The position numbers were made by a program, and so were the translations under genes. From Pseudogymnoascus verrucosus (taxonomy: Eukaryota), in assembly GCA_001662655.1 (NCBI GenBank), contig KV460278.1: 64,000 nucleotides of DNA; one strand, given 5' to 3'. Under the pieces are notes generated by a model that made no database searches, had not been told where the DNA came from, and saw only the letters and a list, made by a program, of their open reading frames with translations. Positions 58,604 through 64,000 of the stretch are shown one piece after another. Position 1 is the first letter of the stretch, and each line of letters starts with the position of its first letter.

Positions 58604-59968
58604 ATGCTTTCTTCACGTGGATGCATCTTTGTCCTAATTTGGGCTTACTCCCAAGTTGCCCAAGCATATACAAAGTTTGAACCGGAGTGCACGAATCCTA
58701 AAGAGGCTGTCAATTTTGTCTCTTCGCCTCCCACACGTGGGACATTGGATATACTATGGAGCTCTCTGTTCACTATATTTGCATGCACCTGGTCTGTTCT
58801 ACACCTTAATGTACCGCAGCAGAGAGTCAACCGGGACCCTGGGATACTGGGGGATCTCAAGTGGGGGATAAAAACAGTTTTGAGCAAAACAAAATGGATG
58901 CTCTACACGGTTTTGGCCCCTGAAGTTCTTCTGCTCTATGCTGTCGCAAGACTCGTCAGTGCTTGGGAACAACACCCAGAGATAAAAGCTTTCGCTGACG
59001 CCGACCGAGTTCCATGGACGCTAGCCCATACGACATTCGCAGATATGGGCGGGTTTGTTGTACGAGGCAGGTCGGATCGTATTGGCGGAGTATCCCCTGG
59101 ATCTGAGATGCCCACGGCCCCAATCCAGACACAGGTTAATGAAAGTGACCCAATCTCGGATTACGCCAACGAGTGGTATATATTGGATCTAAAAACTATT
59201 CGGAGGTTGCGATCTGAAGGGCATATCACACTTCCTTGCATCCTTAAGGCTGAGATAGATGACCACTCAAAGGGGGATACCTTCACCAAGGTTATAGCCG
59301 CCACTCAAATCATCTGGACGATTGCGAATGCTATTACCCGAGCCTGCCGAGGCCTTGCAATCTCCCAGCTAGAAGTATCCGTTGTAGCGTTCGCAGTTTG
59401 CGCACTTCTCATCTATGCCAGTTACTGGTATAGCCCCAAGGACGTATCGGTCCCAATAACTTTTCTCCAGTGGAGAGGGCCTGTACCTTCTACAATTGCA
59501 AAGATCATCGTTAAGGGGGTAGTCTCGACTCGTCCCAAACGATATGTGGGGGTCAAAACAGGCCAAGCCCCCTTTAGGAATACCTTCGCCTACGACAACA
59601 AGAGCAGGCTCGATGTCTACACGCTTTTTTGGGGCGCTTTCTTCTTTGGCGGACCGCACCTTCTGGCGTGGAATTTTACGTTCCCTACCCCAGCCGAGAG
59701 GATTATATGGCGAGCAACATCGTTATATTGTTCGTCAGTTGGACTAATAATATATTTTTTTTTCTATGTCCTAGAAAAGCCACTGAAGAATCTCGATATC
59801 GAATGGTCAAACACCTCTAGATTCTTGGACTTCCTTTCATATATTATCATGGCAATTTACCTATTAGCACGGCTCTTCCTGCTTGTTGAAACATTTAGGA
59901 CTCTTCTTTTCTTACCCCCGAGCGCTTATATTGCAACCTGGACCTCAAGCGTGCCTATGTTTGGCTAA
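58604..59968 (+). CDS. Uncharacterised fungal multi-pass membrane protein
   Basis: Signal-like N-terminus and several TM helices, with family motifs RGTLDILWSSLFTIFACTWSVLHLNVP, APE, FADMGGF, DHSKGDTFTK and AWNFTFPTPAERIIWR. Confidence 0.88.
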   Translation: MLSSRGCIFVLIWAYSQVAQAYTKFEPECTNPKEAVNFVSSPPTRGTLDILWSSLFTIFACTWSVLHLNVPQQRVNRDPGILGDLKWGIKTVLSKTKWMLYTVLAPEVLLLYAVARLVSAWEQHPEIKAFADADRVPWTLAHTTFADMGGFVVRGRSDRIGGVSPGSEMPTAPIQTQVNESDPISDYANEWYILDLKTIRRLRSEGHITLPCILKAEIDDHSKGDTFTKVIAATQIIWTIANAITRACRGLAISQLEVSVVAFAVCALLIYASYWYSPKDVSVPITFLQWRGPVPSTIAKIIVKGVVSTRPKRYVGVKTGQAPFRNTFAYDNKSRLDVYTLFWGAFFFGGPHLLAWNFTFPTPAERIIWRATSLYCSSVGLIIYFFFYVLEKPLKNLDIEWSNTSRFLDFLSYIIMAIYLLARLFLLVETFRTLLFLPPSAYIATWTSSVPMFG

Positions 59969-62887
59969 GGATTAGGTAGCTCATAATATCTGTATTGTAT
60001 CTTTCATTACATACCTAAGTAATTAAGAGCATCTATTATACCGTCAACTACTGTATATGACGCAATTTTAGATAATCTTAAGTGGTTAAGAGCGTTGGTT
60101 TACTCTGTAGTTCCTATAAACAGTGTCATAATAGACAGGCTCTAGTGAGTAAGAGTATTTATTTTTCTATAGTTACTATAAGCAGCGCCATTACGGACAG
60201 GCCCCCTCTAAACTTTCAGACTGTACGAGTATATCTCCAACGTGTTTCTCATGTCCGTCACCAGCATTCAGTGTCCCCCGTCCCATGCTGCTTGGGTAGC
60301 ATCGTCGCCATGCCTCTTTCCGCCCCAATTCCGATCACAGGGCTGAATACAGCAAATGTGAACGAAGTACGCTGCGCGGGCAGTGGATAAGGTCGCATTC
60401 TGCGAAGGAGCGCAGGTCGCGGTATATGGAATCCTCGCCCACGCTCTAGCTCTCGAATGGGATTCACGCACAGAGAGATACAACAAGGACTCCGAGAAAG
60501 AAAGCAAATAAGGGGTATCCGAATTCGCAACAAAGCGCTCTGGTCATTCACCAAATACAGATTGATTTGAGGTCTAGATTACAATGAATGGGAGAAAGGA
60601 CAAGCACCATCCATTCCTTGCTCCATGAGATATTTAGGACCGAAAACGCAACCCGCCCCCTTCTCAGAAGAGCAAGAAAACTTAGAAGTAGGAATACATT
60701 TTGTTGGACAACGTGAATTTTACTTTTGACAGAGAGTCGGTCACAGTGGAAATGGGCGAAATCATACCATATCACATCATATCTTCCTCCTCTCTGTCAA
60801 TTTTCCTGTCTCCCACCTCCCCCTATTCCCCAAGGCAACGAAACCACCCCAATAACCATCTACCCCTATTCAACAGCACCACTTACTTTCACGTGATACC
60901 GCGCTCTCTTCCCATTCACATGCTCCACCACTCCAACGACTCCGTAACGGCCCGCATCTCCTCATCAGGAAAGCCGCACTGCATTACGCCCGCCCTCCAC
61001 CTCGCTCCCCCCCCAGACCCATAGTTATGCCACGACGAATGCAAGCCGCGCTGCAGGTGTCAAGAAGCAGTTATGTGACGTGGAGAACGGGCTATCGGCC
61101 GGTAGACAGGACAAGAGGGTGTGCCGTAGGCACCACAGGATAAGGAGCCACACTTCTTCTGCGCCCAAGACGGCAAACTGGGAGCGGTGAGAAAGCACCT
61201 ACATGTTTCCATCGCGCTGTGGGTGTGCTGGTTATAGATAGCGATGCAATGCCCATGTGGCGAGCTCGATGTACGCGAGGAGGGGGATAGGGTGGAGGCT
61301 TGATTCGCTGTGGTGGGGTGGTCTCGAATCGTGTCGTGCAGATGCAATACCGCTTCAGTACCGCTACGGCGCTAGATGGCTGGGATGCTTATGCGGGACG
61401 ATCGATAAGGGAGGGAGAGAGGGGGGGTGGGGGCGGCCAATGGGTGGGCTTATGTATGTACTGGATATCGGGAATTGGGGAGAGGATGTTATCGTTTCCT
61501 TGATGCTGACGGAAGGGGTAGCTATAATAGAGGGGAGCTTGCATCAGGACGCGCAAGACATTACCTCATTGCTTTCGAGCTGTAGAGGTAGGTACAGTGA
61601 GCTATACGAGGTCGAGATCGACTGATCGAGATTGTTAATGGCAGAGAGTCTGGAGCTCAATCCCGCTGGTCGTAAGCATATTGCGTTTCGTCTCCTCTCC
61701 ACCCGAGTGCAGCATCATCACCGTCAAAAACCTCTACGCAATCGCCCGCCATCCCACATCGTTAGCACGTGTAAACCCCCTCCCCGGTCCATTGACCCCT
61801 AGCCCACCCCCCTAGCCGCCCTACGAGGCACACTCGCCGCTGGAGTTGCCGATCCGCATCCCATCCCGAGGAGATGTAGGCATACATCTGTACTTGTAGT
61901 ATAATGTACCAATTACGCGCCGGGATCTGACACACACACATACTGTTGTTGGTAGTGTAGAAGATACAATGGCCGCCCTGTTATCCGTTCCCCGAATAGA
62001 TGGTCTAGACCGGAGCGCACGATGGGGAGTTGATAGGCTGGGCTGGGATGGAGTGGGCGGATGATGGAATGGGATTCTTGGAAGGCATGGGTATAGGTTT
62101 GTTGATGGTTGGGATAGGGAAGGAAGGACAGGGCAGGGGCGGGCTGTTAGAGTGCGGGCAGTAGCGCGGGTAATCGATCGGCCGGGTGGTGGTGCTTGTC
62201 GGGCTAAGGACATAGTTGTAGGAGACAACTTGACTTCAATTAGAAAATTACATTGTAGCTTTCCATTGTTGCCCTAAATCAGTCAACTTTCCTCCATGAA
62301 AGACAGAAAATCCACGAATCAGCCGGCCGAGCTTAAACTCCGGTGGAGAACTCCATACAACGACTGATGCCCCTACTCCGACAACCAGTAGCCCCGATCC
62401 TTCTCCGAAAATTAACTACGTCTCTGGGGGCGTCGCATGCCAACAACACTTTACTCCAGCGGCATCGGGCCCTGCTATGCATGGCAGTTGCACTATAACG
62501 TCGTATTGACCCATGCAGCCTCGACCCAAAGGCGGTTCGCAAGTTGCTCCTGCCTTTTCACATATATTTCCCTTCCACCCAACTTGTGCCATGACTCCTA
62601 TGCGTATGATTAGCACATGTGAACTGCAGCAGCTCGCTGTTAGTACAAACCACAGATGAAAAGACTTGTGATATTAGCATCGTAGTGATTAAATCTATAT
62701 GAGGCATATCAACTTACCCAAGTATGGTAAAGGGTGTGTATCTCATCTTGGGCTAGGTCTAGTTGGGGAAATGATATAATTTAGCTTTGGAAGTGTAAAT
62801 TATATCGCCGTTATATTTTAGGGATTAGAAAAAGGCATTTTATAGTCTAGAAAAGCAAGCGTATCATAAATGTAATATAAACCATAC

Positions 62888-62962
62888 ACTTACACATCGT
62901 AGGTTGCATTGGCTTCTACGAGTTTTACACATTTACACATCGCAGGCTGCAATTAGCTTTTA
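62888..62962. repeat. Short direct duplication (~30 bp)
   Basis: ttacacatcgtaggttgcattggctt versus ttacacatcgcaggctgcaattagctt. Confidence 0.7.
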
Positions 62963-63011
62963 TATAAAACTTGTTAAATCAGGAAGTGGCTCTATTGTGG
63001 TACAAATCTGC

Positions 63012-63331
63012 CAGTCATACAAGAACCCCCCCCCAAGTCGTCCCAATCACAAAAAAATAAAGCAATTTGGGCGCAGCTGAATCGCGTCAAACTCATAAAC
63101 CAAAGGTCGCATGATCAAAACATACAAATTCTCATTGGAACCTACGATAAGTAAATATCTAAGTTGTGAATCAAGATATAGCTTCATTATAAAAATTTAG
63201 CGATGACTCAGTGCTACAAGAACTCCAATAAGCCGCCCGTTATCACAAGAAAACAAAGCAATTTGGCGCAGCGGAAGCGCGCCGGGCTCATAACCCGGAG
63301 GTCGCATGATCGAAACATGCAATTGCTAATT
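63012..63331. repeat. Diverged direct duplication, ~125-bp units at ~197-bp period
   Basis: tacaagaac...atcacaa...aaagcaattt..gcgcagc.gaa...ctcataa.c..aggtcgcatgatc.aaacat.caa occurs twice. Confidence 0.85.
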
Positions 63332-64000
63332 CTTTTGTATTATTTTTATTTTTATTTTTTTTGCTCTTGTTTGGTCAGTTGTCAGTTTTAGATAGGCGGG
63401 CGCCGAGCTGAGATAATCGATATCGATATCCGATACGAACTGTTCGCGCTGGAACCGGGACGTCATGCGCTATCAAACAAACCCAACAACAAGCCAGAGA
63501 CACCCAGCGTACCACCATAGCTGAAATCGCGCTGCTCGCGTCGCGTCTCTCTTACCTTACCCCGGGGCCCGGGTTCCGGGGTAGCCGTGGTAGGCGCTGG
63601 TGGTTCAGTGTTCTACTGCTGTCTCACTCACTCCCTTCTCACTCTAGATCGCGCCGGATGCGGGGCGCGGGGTGGACGGGGATTAGAATGCGGGTGTCTC
63701 TGTTCGCATCGCGGGTGGTACAGTACGGGAGAGTTAGGAGTGGCGACTGGCACGGGAAAAGGGAAGGATCGGGATCGGGATGGACGCTCTCGTTGGTTTT
63801 TGATGCAGTAGGCAGGAAGGGCGATGCGCGTGAGTCCGAGGTTGGACTTTTGTATGTCGCTGCCGATTTCCACATGCTGATTCCGAAAACCCAACATATC
63901 CCATGCGTCGCCGCGCCGCGGTGCGATGCGCGCGTCACAAGTGAGAAATGCATCTCCGCGCTCCGACGACGTAGCCAACCCGGCATACCTGGACGCGTAC

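Noticed and set aside
59990..60185. TpA-rich tract resembling a RIP-degraded transposon fragment
   Set aside because: Too short and degenerate to assign termini or coding remnants.

Overview
This is eukaryotic DNA from a filamentous ascomycete: genes have short GT-AG introns with CTRAY branch points and Pezizomycotina-type proteins. A Leotiomycete origin is only my impression and is unverified. The window holds about 24 protein-coding genes. Most are housekeeping: a 5'-truncated hybrid histidine kinase, an MFS transporter, an RBR E3 ligase, NUS1, SEC10, COX17 (absent from the ORF track), RNA1, TRM5, a GT34/MNN10-like transferase, RPB4, TRS23, RPN10, a borealin-like protein, TMA22, a Zn2Cys6 factor, an SDR, stomatin, threonine aldolase and a lipase. 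The unusual signals lie outside these genes: a ~35-bp-stem hairpin behind the borealin gene, a repeat-containing ORF broken by three in-frame stops with a RIP-type mutation pattern, a 10-Cys secreted peptide, a rearranged tRNA-like A-box/B-box element, four unrelated diverged intergenic tandem arrays, and two apparently spliced transcripts that carry only micro-ORFs. I found no rRNA, canonical tRNA, CRISPR array or intact transposon. Exon boundaries were read by eye and need RNA-seq confirmation.
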